Both the position numbers and the translations under genes were made by a program. A stretch of 64,000 nt of DNA from Tubiluchus corallicola (lineage: Eukaryota; Animalia; Priapulida): positions 558,001 through 622,000 of the forward strand of contig JAQGDQ010000008.1 of assembly GCA_030141605.1 (NCBI GenBank). The letters are read 5' to 3'. Of the stretch, positions 45,327 to 57,500 are shown piece by piece. A model generated the notes under the pieces. That model saw only the letters and a program-made list of their open reading frames with translations, searched no databases and had not been told where the DNA came from. How positions within the stretch are numbered: position 1 is the first letter of the stretch; each line of letters starts with the position of its first letter.

Positions 45327-48300
45327 AAACTTTGCCACAGGGGTGTGGAATTTTTTGGGAATATATATGTTACTGATATCAAAGTAATCTGTCAGTCCTC
45401 GCTACGTGAAGCTGTCTATGTCATTAGTCACGAGCTTATCACTTACAATGTGGATGTGAGCTGAGAAAAAACCGCGGATTCCTTGCAAAGGCATACTGCT
45501 GCCTGCCACATTCCCAATTAACCAAAGGCGAGAAAGTGGCGAACAGTCGAGTATGCCGGGTTTTGCTACTGATATTATACAACACCAAATCGGGTCAGGA
45601 AATGGATGGGGGACTGCTTGCTCTGGGCAGTTTCCTTCTCTATTATTGTTCCCCTAAGCTACTTTTTCCATCGAGGGATGTTGTATTCATATCCTTCTGT
45701 GGCTAAAACTGCTCTGCTGGTTCGGGGTCTTATCTGTAGCAGTTCATTAGGCTTGATGAGCTGCGTTCTGGTCCAACCATCAACTTTAAGTAAGCGCTGT
45801 TAATAAATGCTGAATTTTCATTTGCCAAATGATATTATCCAGTCGTATAGCAACAACACCAGAAGCAACAGTAAATCTCCCATTTGCAGCCTCTTTCTGT
45901 AAATCAATGGTATCACTGTGTATTCTTACATAAACCAAAAAAATATTGATTTGAATATACATGCACTGTTAATAATTTCATGAGCTTTGCCAAGTACTGC
46001 CATCCGCAGTATTGTAATTCGTTGTCAAAAACTAACTACTGCTACTAGCAACTTGGGCAAGGATAAAGAGAATCTTTATATTTAGGAAAGCATAGAGTAC
46101 CTATATATTTACTGCGTGAAGTGCCATCTAGTGCCACAGAAAAATTGAATATTCGAACTTGGTGGCTGGTGCCCAGTGTAACAATTATGATCACATTAAT
46201 GCATCGGCTGTGAATTGTGCAATCTAGGTATTCTTAACCCTACTCCAATTACTATACCATCGACTCATACCCCATCACAGAAATTACTCAATACACGAAT
46301 AAACTCAGTAAAGAATAGAAATGTAGTAATACTAGGACCAGCTAAAAACATAATGGCATCGCAATGGATTTCAAATAGTTCCGATTTTAACGAGTTCATT
46401 CAGAAGTTAAGCATTGACAGATCATAAACATAGGCCTACTATATTTAAGTAAACAGAAAAACGCATTTAAAAGACAATGTTGTAGTATCTAGCCCTATAC
46501 GAGCATAGGCACATTAGCAAGCTAGTTAACAGCAATCATCAGCCACTCACACTCAACACACATAGAGAAAATAAATCACACCGCAAACAAAACATGATCA
46601 ATAGGCAATACACAACTATACAAAAATATAGCCGTTTCTATATACGAGGACCAGTCAACTACAGTTTGACTGTGAAAGTCCTGAACCCAATTGATAAAGC
46701 ATACACAGCTGTAATGGTCATTTGTCTCTCCCCAGAATGTTTATTACGTACACCCACAGCTGCCACACGTACAAAATGCAAACGTACTAACTGATCAAAC
46801 CTGCCACAATTACTTTAGAAAACAAACTAGTGATGCAAATGACTCACAGTTACTGGAACAGGATCATATATATCAGCTAGAATCACATGCTCTCATAGCT
46901 TATCCGAGGAAATATAAGTACCGGTTTGATGGATTTGAAGCTTTTACGGGCTGTAAAACTAAAATGATGTGATTTTAAACACACAGGCGAGCTAGTAGCC
47001 CACTGACTATTCTACTCAACACAACTTAGAACAGATGTTTGGGTTTTTATAAAATTAAAAAATCTGGTGAATACTGGATTTTTCTAACCGGACCCAGACA
47101 GGATCCAGACTGATTTTTACCAAACTTCGCATTTAAAGTCAGGATCAGGTGCATCCATAAAAAAACTAATACAGAAAACAGTAATATATTTAAACACTTA
47201 CCGGGAAGATATTGTGAGAATGATTCACTTTCTCAAAGCAGGACTTGTTTGAAAGCTCCCAAAACCAAAAATAAACCAGGATCACAAAGCATTAACAGAG
47301 TGCCTCATTTACTATCCTTGGACTTGCTGCAGTTCAAAAATAAAATATCACCGAATGCTGAACATGCAGTAGCTAAAAAACTGTTGCACGTAAAGGTCTC
47401 TGCTTATAACAGCAATGACTATGAAAATATAATGTTGTTTTTTTACAATGTACACTAAAGGATAAAAAGTTCACAGAGTTCAGAATCCAATTTTTTCTAC
47501 TACAAACATCACAAAACTGTGCTTGGTTAGCAAATTTAATCGCTTCTGGATGATTTCATACTGGTTTCGGCTGTCAGTCTCATTCAGAAAGGATGTATTT
47601 GAATTGCAGTAAGACAACGACAACTCTACCAGTTCAGTTACTGGATAACAAGGATAACACTGTTGATCTGGGGACCTGCCTCAAGTGACAATGAATAGGA
47701 AATGTTGTCGCGTGTTGGATTCCAGAGTGAAGTGTACCGCAATGAACCATCAAAAGCAGTGTTTGAAATGGAAAAATAAAAAGGCATATTGCAAAAAATG
47801 ATAAAGCATACAACTTAACACAATTTGCACTTATTGCATATAATGTATATTAGCTACTAGGTTGTAACAATGTAATTTATTTAAGATTTAGTCCTCTATT
47901 AATAGCAGGCAACCATAATTGCCTGTGTACAAACAATAATACAATTAACAAGGAAGATGAATTCCTATTCTGCAATGGTTTTAACAATTCTGTTATGACT
48001 CGTGAAACACAAAAAATCCAAAATCATACCAACAAGCCTGCCTTTACTTGTTGTGTACTCATTATAACAGAAAGAAAATTACGTTACTTAAAATGCAGTC
48101 GAACGCCGAACGCTGAAGATCTTTTCTCCATTTCTTCTTTTTGCAAAATAATTGCAAAGTTACTAACACAATCTCATTTAAATTTGTCAATAACACAAAA
48201 ATATCATTGTCAGGGAAAAACCCGTACACTCCCGGGAAATCCGTGCTGCCGAGAAACAAAGTGACTCCGAAGAAAAATTTCACATACTGTGGCAGACAAA

Positions 48301-48472
48301 CAAGAATTGAAAGAATAATGAAAGCAAAAAAATTAACATACAGCTACAACATTTGAGTACCTGCTGTTCGGATTTCATTTCACTCACATTCATACAAAAA
48401 AGCAACTCTTGCTGAAAATCAAAAACATGATACTTCAACGAAAAGAAGTACATACAGCATGCTCTTGAATGC

Positions 48473-48556
48473 TCACGTATCAATTTTACTGTCATCAAGC
48501 TGCTTCGTAGCCGGCATGTAAACTTTAAAAGAGAATCCGGAGTTTGGAAATGAGCC
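48473..48556 (-). CDS. POLE2: POLE2 exon 14 (terminal)
   Basis: atag|[27 protein letters not shown]. Confidence 0.9.
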   Translation of the reverse strand, partial: GSFPNSGFSFKVYMPATKQLDDSKIDT

Positions 48557-51500
48557 CTATGAATAAGAAAAAATAAAATAGCAAAAACGACTTCCACCTT
48601 AGTTAAAGGCAGAAGGGCGATATTTTCTGACTGCAGCTCATTTTGACATTATGGTCTAAAATACAGATTTCATTATTAATAGCAACTGTTTCCAAAATGT
48701 TTCATAAATTTAAATTACAGCTTACAAACTTAACTAATGACCAGGAATGCTAGGAAGATTTCATGCAGGGAATAACTTTCCAATAGCAGAAATCTTTCTA
48801 CGCACGTTTGCAAAAAGTGCAATCATTGCGGTATGACACTGACAATACAAACACAAAGATATGACAGCAAAGTTTAAATTCTCCATTTCAGAATTTGTTT
48901 ATTACACCAGGCTGATTTTACAAGGCAAATATTGATGCCTGACAGTCACATAGTTATCCACAACTCTACTAACTCTGGTACAATGCTTATTTTTTGTGCA
49001 ACAGATTTTCCAGAAATATCGTCCATTAAAAAGATATGACTGTATCTTTTTAATAGATATAATCAATAATATAGTCAAGGCAATAAATTCTTTAACTTAT
49101 ATCTTAAAAAACAATTTGCCCATATTTGATACTGTGGACCGATTTAAGCAGTAATCAAAAGTTTCATATTGGTTTCCTTTAAGCATGATATTAATATTAT
49201 TATACCTTTGGGGAAAACAATTTGTTCAGAAATATCACAAAACTGCCATATTCAGTATCTAAAGGTACGTGGTATTTTTTCCCAAATTTCATTTAGTGTG
49301 AGAGCTAAAACTAAAAAAATCAGCCAGTCTTGCCTGTTCAATTAAACAAACATTCAGTTCTTCACAAATTAGCCTTTATTTTCGTGTTTCTGCAGCCCTA
49401 GCTTTTGTTTACCACACATTATTATGTACAAACACTTATGCAACTTTAAAAAGAACAACAGAACTTACCGGGTTGAAAACGAGACAATCAGTCATTTTTT
49501 CGCTGAAAGAGTCATACTTGTCTGCACACACAATCACATCTGGCACGGGGTACAGCCTCAGGGCAGCATCGTACCCCCAGTAGACTGGAGACACATGGAG
49601 TGGTAGTGGACACAAGTGACCTTGAGAAATGATCGTTTTCACAAACTAGAACAAAAATACTTGTTTGTAACTTATATTTCTTGACACAGGGTCTCATGAA
49701 ACAAAGTAGTGTAAATATCAGTATTTTACACTATACGTTTGTAATAATTTTGCACCATAAAGTGTTAGTTAGCATATGCACCTTAATAAATATTGATATA
49801 CAAAAGGAAAAATGTAATACAAATAAGCTTAAAAAGTAACTGCAATACAGCATTTGGAATCCGATAGATTTGTATATGCACTTATGGAAATTTGAACATC
49901 TATCGCAAACTATAGTAGTCGAGGAAACTTTTGAACTCTGCATATTTCCTTTTAACTGGAAATTTAGCAAAGCCGACAACAGGCTTGCTATATAAATGAA
50001 TGAAAGACGGAAGATGCTAGCAGAATCTTTACTCCTCTAGTTCCTCAACACAGACAGTTGTTTGTAGGACTCACTTTCCTGCTGCTACTCATATTTTTAT
50101 CCCGGTCATTCCCAGATACAGAATGGCTCACTTATATACAGAGTTTTTTACTTGGACTTCTAATCTATTGAACATTTTAGTAGAGTACGGCTTCCCTGTT
50201 AATCACGTACTTCAAGAAAAACATTAGAAAATACTTCCTATCCCAGGCAAACACTTACAAGAATTATGTTTTCCTGGACCTGCATTCACATTTTCAATTT
50301 TCTACCGTAGCTGCTTACACAGACTGACAACTCGTCTTGTTTTGGGTTTATTTGCATAAGGAAAGTCAATGTTACTCACGACAACCTATAAATCACAGCG
50401 TTAGTAATCAGCACGGTTGTGCAGCAAACTTACATGATTAGTGATTTTAGCCGTTGATGTTGGGAAACGTACGCAGTTGCGACACATCTTCTGCACGATG
50501 TCCTCCCTGAACACCACAATCTCCTGAGTACAGTACTGTATTCGACAGGGGTTCGATGCAAACGTTACATTTGGCATCCTATCCTCAATTTCTTTCGTTA
50601 TTGTTCGGGGAAGAGACGGCCTGCACACATAAAAAACAACTTTTTAATGAAACTACAGGTTATGAAGTTTTGCAATTGAAATTATATGAAAAAGACACCA
50701 GTTTTAAATAGGCAGCGGCCATACAAACTTGAGACAATTTCAGAAATGCAGCCTTCTCTCTAGACTGAACTGAGCAATCATCCATTCTCTGACCAGGTTT
50801 GGTACTGCTTGACTTTGGTTGCAAAGCACTTCACAGTTCTAGTAATCACTGAGCTAATCGCACTTACAATGCCTGATGAAATGCTCTATTAGTCATCAGG
50901 CATTGTAAGTGCGATTAGCTCAGTGATTACTAGAACTGTGAAGTGCTTTGCAACCAAAGTCAAGCAATACCAAACCTGGTCAGAAAATGGATGATTGCTC
51001 AGTTCAATACTCCATCTGAGCAGTTTCATCTGCCTTACTGTCTGTCAAAAATTATCAGGACAAGGGAAGATGCATGTGCATCTAAAAGTGTCTGAATCAC
51101 CCCTGCCAATTCAGCATCTCAAACTTATTAGCCTTGATGATTCCAGTCTAACCACAATTACCTGCATAATGTAGATATTGTCAGTGAATGCTGGAAACAT
51201 GTTTCCAGAGTTCCAGCTACAGAGTTTCCCAAATTTTTGAAAAACAGCGCCATCCAGTTATAGCATATAGAGTAGCAAACCATAACTAACTTATAAAGGG
51301 CTAAAACTTCACGCAATAATACACATAACTACATTAGGCTATCACTCTATGTTCTGAATCAGTAGTCTGAATGTGCCATATCTCAGTGATTTAAAAAAAT
51401 GCTCTAAAAATGTATTTTCATAATTTAGATCTTTTAGAATTAGCACTAGTTTTTGCTTTTACGCTGGATTTCAAAGATAAACCTCAAAAAAAAATTACAA

Positions 51501-54500
51501 AAATCAAAAATACAGTCACCTCGGCAGAATTTTGCCAGGTCCGGGATCGAGTGGTCCTGGCACAAAAACAAACTTGCTGCCATCCACAAGACTTGGAAAT
51601 TCACTTAACAGTTGAGCAAAATTGTGCAAAGATTCTAGAAGAAACATATAAATATGTAAAAAGCATGTTATCGGGAATTGTTATCATCGAAACAAAACTT
51701 CACAGTTAAAATTCAATTTGAAAAGAAACTGAAAACTGGAACACCGAAGAACATAATAAGTGCTAAATACATAGGTCTCACCTTTTAATGTTTTATAATG
51801 ATTTGGACCATACGGCTGTGAAGTGAAATTCCCACATAAAACAAAACAGGTCGGTGGAAATCCAGAAAACCCAGAAAACAATATTCTTAGTTTTTCTATA
51901 ACCTGAATTAAAATCAAACATGTGATTGCTACAATACAAATTAAATAAATTAGTTTAAGAATAAAAACTATTAACTAAAATGTTCACTTTACAACAGTTA
52001 GCCACATACTAAACCATTTTTTCCAAGCTTTCAATTATGACAAAGCACTTATGACTTACTTTTAACAAAGCTGATGGAAAGCAGTTTTAGCAACTGGTTT
52101 ACAAAAAGTGAACTATCTCTATTTTAAATTTCAGTGATCAGTTTCAATTAATCAGTGATCAACCTCCAGAAACCAACTTTGAACTTAACATCACTTTTAC
52201 AGGATATATTAACCCACAATTATCGAAATTTTGAAACAAAACATGAATGAAATACAATTCAACACACTTCCAAGTCAGAATCCAGCATTGAACAATGATG
52301 TATTGAATAAAGAGCAAGTATTGAAAATGGTCACCCATCCAATCCCTGACCAGCCATCCATCACTTAACTTCAATTGCAAAACATTGTCTTAACTGCAAT
52401 CAGACTTTGTTGTTGAGTCATTACTTATTTTTCATGGATAGGTAAAAACTATCCATTACTCAGATGTGGATTTGAACCAAGGACCTTTAGATTATGATAT
52501 TAAATGTACAGCATGTTACTAATGATGTTTTATTGTGATTTACTATCTATCGTCTTATTTTCAAAATTGTCATCTTCAAGGTTGATTTCAACAGTTTTTT
52601 TTGCACAGACTAACCCAAACAATACCAAAAGGCTGAAGGCAAAAAAAGTGCAAAGTTAGAAAGTTAGATATGAGTACAGGCAAGGATCTATTGACGTTCT
52701 TCTTGAAACGAAATAATTTCAAATACTATATGAGTGTGTTCTGCATAAAACAGTAAAGCTGTTACAGTTTCTAGCATACATGAGTAGGACACTGTAATAA
52801 GAAGTTACCTTGACTTGATCAAGCCAAATGTCAGACAAAAACACGAACATGGCACCATCATTTTGTTGCTCTAGCTCCTGCAACTTCGTAGACACCTTTA
52901 CACTGAGTTTGTTTGGACCCCCAAAGAAGTTTACGTTGCCAAAGAAAAACCTGAGAAGGGTGAATAAGCTCAATACAATGAGACCAAAACATACTTGGAC
53001 AGTTGAGTACAGACATAAAATAGCTGTGAAGTACATTAACCTGTATCGTTAACAAGTTTAAAATAGCTTTAATTAACCTGCATTTATTCATTTATGAATT
53101 CTTAAAATCAAAAGTTAAACAGACCATGCAAGAGATACTTCTACAGCAATAGTAAACTGAAAGTAATTTCTATTCAAGTTAAATCGCAGCAAGGTCAATT
53201 TTAGATGCAAGACACAAATACGAAGCTAAGGTTAAAACCGCTGACTTTCTAGACACCTGGTAATTTTGGCTGCTTCTGCAGGTGGGAAACCCACTGCATT
53301 TACATGGAATGTCTTATCTTCGTACCATCCCTCCGCTAGGACAAAACAGTTTTCCGTGAATAAGCCTGTGTGAAAGACCGCATTTGACAGATCCAGAGGA
53401 ACTGCACCAGTCGGGTCCTCCAGAGAAAAAACACCCTGAAATAATTAAAATCATGTAGACACACAGAACAACATGCCACAGTACAGAGATCTAATTCAGA
53501 AGCTAGTTTAACTCAAAGACAGCAGGCCACACAAGTTGATACAATTTTAAAGAAACAACAATACAGTAGAAGTTATGATAGCATATTTTGCGTGTTTTAC
53601 GCAGTGTTTTACACTGCGAGCCGGAATCCAGCAGTAATTGGCAGAGCCTACTCAATGTACATAGTTGTGGCAGGACCAAAACCTAGTCCCCAATCCTCTA
53701 CGTGTCAAATCAACTAATGGCAAGGTGACTTAACCACTGTTTACAGTCTCCCTCAATAAGGTAAATGGCCAGAATCAAAAATACTCAGCATAAGTGTTGA
53801 GCATTTATCCATTTACTAAATGGGCTTGGAGTTGCTCAAATTTGATCAGTAAACATACAGTGTTCAAAGACTTTTACTTGACAAGTAAAAGTATAAAAAT
53901 AAAAAAACATTTTTAGAGCAGCAACCCATATAAAACCAGTTTTGGCAAAGACAAAAATTTCCTATTTTATGTAGCCAACTTGATAGCTAGGTAACAGAGC
54001 TATAAATAAATAAATTACGTTTTCCACTCAGAGTCCACTATTCTGAGTTTGGATGTACTGATATCATAATAAGACAAATATCTAAGATAGTAAGGCTCTC
54101 CATTACAAATCAAAATTGAATCAAAATGAAGTTTTATATTTTGAATTCAGATTGTTAGGGAACTTATAAAGACAATAAAAGTAACTGGAATTATGCATCT
54201 AATTTACTAGGCACAAAACTCTCTGTTATTAACTTATCTGATAAAGCTAAATACTTTTAACACTAAAACTTATTTTAAACTCAAATTAGTAAAAGCAAAA
54301 TCGATTTCGAATTTGAACATTCGACGAACGGCCTAACAAGTTGTGATAGGACATTGGCAGAAGCAACGGCACTTACCTACAATCAGCATTCATAAAAATT
54401 TAACATGAAAATATCTTTTGACTGACCTCTTTTATTTGGGTCAACATACCAAGTACGATGACATCTCCCACCTTAGCGGTGCATCCAAGAAGATATTCCA

Positions 54501-57500
54501 CTGGTTTCAGCTACGAATAAAAACGAGAAAGGAAATCTTCACTTAATTAAAAATAACATCATTTTCCAGAAATGTATTATAAGCTTTACTGCTCATTGGG
54601 TACACAATAAAATCAATGTTAGGCATTGCTCAACAAGAACGCATATTTTCAACAACACGATTAGTATAGAATTGCACAAAGAAAAAGCCTGCCTGGAATT
54701 GAAGAGAAATGATTATGTGCTTTATGAGTGCTAAAGAAACAATTTTTACGATGACACAGAAAAGAAAGTCTTTGTGCTTTTAAAGGTCAAAAACTAGTCG
54801 TTAAAAAATAAACATCAGCTGTAAGGGACAAAAATGAACGGCATAATTTCATCACTGTTACAACGAATTGATGAAATATAGCAACAACTATACTTTAAAG
54901 GATATTAGCAAACACTTGAAATACACTCCAAACACAACTAGTAAAAATGCAACTTAATCATGACGTCATCAGGATTTCACAACAAAATCAAACCAGCTAA
55001 AGTTTCTTAGCAATTATTCTTACTTGATTATTAATAGGGCTGCGTATTCAATGAGATTTTCATATTGCTAATTTGCTATAGGTATACAGTATACTAACCA
55101 CTTATAGCGAAATTCAAAGGACTGTGAAAACTTGCTTGCTATAACACAGTCCCATTACAGCAGCGGTCAATTGTCTAGGACTCTAGGTGTATGTACAAGA
55201 TAGTAATGATGCCTATAAGGCGGTGCAGTAATGATTAAAACAGAGCACTTTCTATTGAGAATGGCACAAGTTTCTTAATGAGGGCCAAAGTTTAGCAACT
55301 ATTTTACCACAAAAGAGTAAACCTATATGAAACTCTAGAATTTTAAGATTAAGGCAGTATTTTATGCAATAAATTCCTCCATAAAACCGCCGAGCAAGTT
55401 GCTTTTCTAAGTCACCACTGCTGTGATTCATGATGATGTATGATCACGGCTGAGTGTTTTGTGGGTGTCATACTATAATTATTTAACTGCCAGTGCATAG
55501 TTAGTGGATGGACAGAGGATGCCTTGCATAGGTGGAAAGCACAACACCTTTTATCAGTTTAAGCTTATTTTGGATGCAAAAATCTGTCTTTATTTAAATA
55601 GCTATGCAGATGCAACATGATTTATGATTATAGTCATTTCAACATGGCCTAAGCCAGCTAATAACTAAGTCTACAGTCTGGTTAGCTTATGTGTTACTTC
55701 ACTGTATTTATTTAAAATAGTATTTTTGTTAAACATTAAACTTTGAAAAGTCACAGAATTACTTAGTTTGTGAAACCGAACAGTTTATTTTTTGAAAAAC
55801 TCTGAAGGTTATTTTTGCCAGCTCCACATTAAATTGCACCACAGATTTGTCGAAGAAGCTGTCCAATTCTGAAAGGCATGACAACAGGTCGTTATAGTTA
55901 ACCAGTGATGACGCACAAAATTGCTGAAGTTTAGCAATTGCAATAATTGCTTCATTCAATAACATGTAGATAAGCTGATCTTAATCTATGTCATTCTGAA
56001 TGGAGGTTACAATTACAACAGTACAAGTAGTTGCAGACCCACCAGCACATCTTCATGTGCTGTACTTGATACACATTGTTTTTTGCACAATCAAAAAATT
56101 AATCCCCACAGGGAATGGTGACCTCTTTGCCCTTGGTGAGTGGTGCCTATTTATCCATTGTATTACAACTCAGGCCTCGTTACATGCAGGGGTAGTACAT
56201 TCACAGGGCAGTAAAATTACCTCGTACTAAGCAAAATCTCGTATGTTGGAGCTTGTTGTAAGCAAGGTTAAATATATTATTCGAGCCTAAGAATTGATGG
56301 GACTTTGAAATTTACTCTTAATAACCATTTACCTTTTATAACAGGTCTCGTTATAAGCGGATTATACTGTAGATTGCTCTTTTAGAATTCAAGGAAAAAA
56401 GTGAGTAGCCTTGATTTCAATTTGATCTAACCCCTTATTCAAGTAATTCTGCTCAGTGGTGCAGCTAACAGGGAAGCAATGGAAACAAATGCTCCCCCTG
56501 AGAATGGAAGCAACCGCTCCCCCTGAGAATGGAAGCAACCCCTCCCCATGAGAATGGAAGCAACCGCTCCCCATGAGAATGGAAGTAACCGCTCCCCCTG
56601 AGAATCGAAGCAACCCCTCCCCATGAGAATGGAAGTAACCGCTCCCCCTGAGAATGGAAGCAACCCCTCCCCATGAGAATGGAAGTAACCGCTCCCCATG
56701 AGAATGGAAGCAACCGCTCCCCCTGAGAATCGAAGCAACCCCTCCCCATGAGAATGGAAGCAACCGCTCCCCATGAGAATGGAAGCAACCGCTCCCCCTG
56801 AGAATCGAAGCAACCCCTCCCCATGAGAATGGAAGTAACCGCTCCCCATGAGAATGGAAGCAACCGCTCCCCCTGAGAATGGAAGCAACCGCTCCCCCTG
56901 AGCACATTTTTCAAAATTGGTGAGTTTACAACCATTTTTAAATCTGTAGTTCATTTGCGTAATAAAAGTCGATTCATTATGGAAGTGAATATTGTTATGA
57001 TGATCGGAAACCTGAATTTGTGAGATACTCTTCCGATCATCCGAACCGCTGTGTTCAAGTTCTGATCATCAGAATGCCGATTCTGCTCAGTTTGCTGTGC
57101 ACAAGTACTGATTATTGAATTTGCTAGTAGTCTTCCAATAATCTGAACCACAGCTACACTGATATATATATATATACGATGCACTTGAATCATCTCCCAC
57201 CTGAACTGCTCTGAAGACTATTTTTATCTGAAAAAGATAAGTGCGGTAGCACAACTGCCAGATAAAATGCAGATGTACGCACAACTCACGAGAACATTTA
57301 AGCCGCTGGGTATAACATTTTTAAAATGTGAATTAAGATAATGGTGTGAAAATATTTGAAATTTGTATAGCTATATCAGTTTTGCCTACATCCAACAAAA
57401 TACAGTAAAGCACTTTTTAAACCTACCCCACCCTTCTCCTGAAAACAGAAGTGTGCGTCTGCTGTGCCAGATAGTGCAGTATCGCTAGAAAAAAATCTTC

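Noticed and set aside
45420-45800. Possible RTE-type LINE endonuclease remnant on the minus strand
   Set aside because: Similarity is too degraded to support a call without a search.
49025-49054. 12-bp stem hairpin in the last POLE2 intron
   Set aside because: The stem is almost entirely A/T and plausible by chance in this composition.
50870-50902. CTGATGA at the hairpin centre as a hammerhead ribozyme core
   Set aside because: No helix II followed by GAAA on either strand.
56389-56954. Three overlapping 156-172 aa minus-strand ORFs
   Set aside because: They are translations of the 25-bp minisatellite in all three frames, with no evidence of a real protein.
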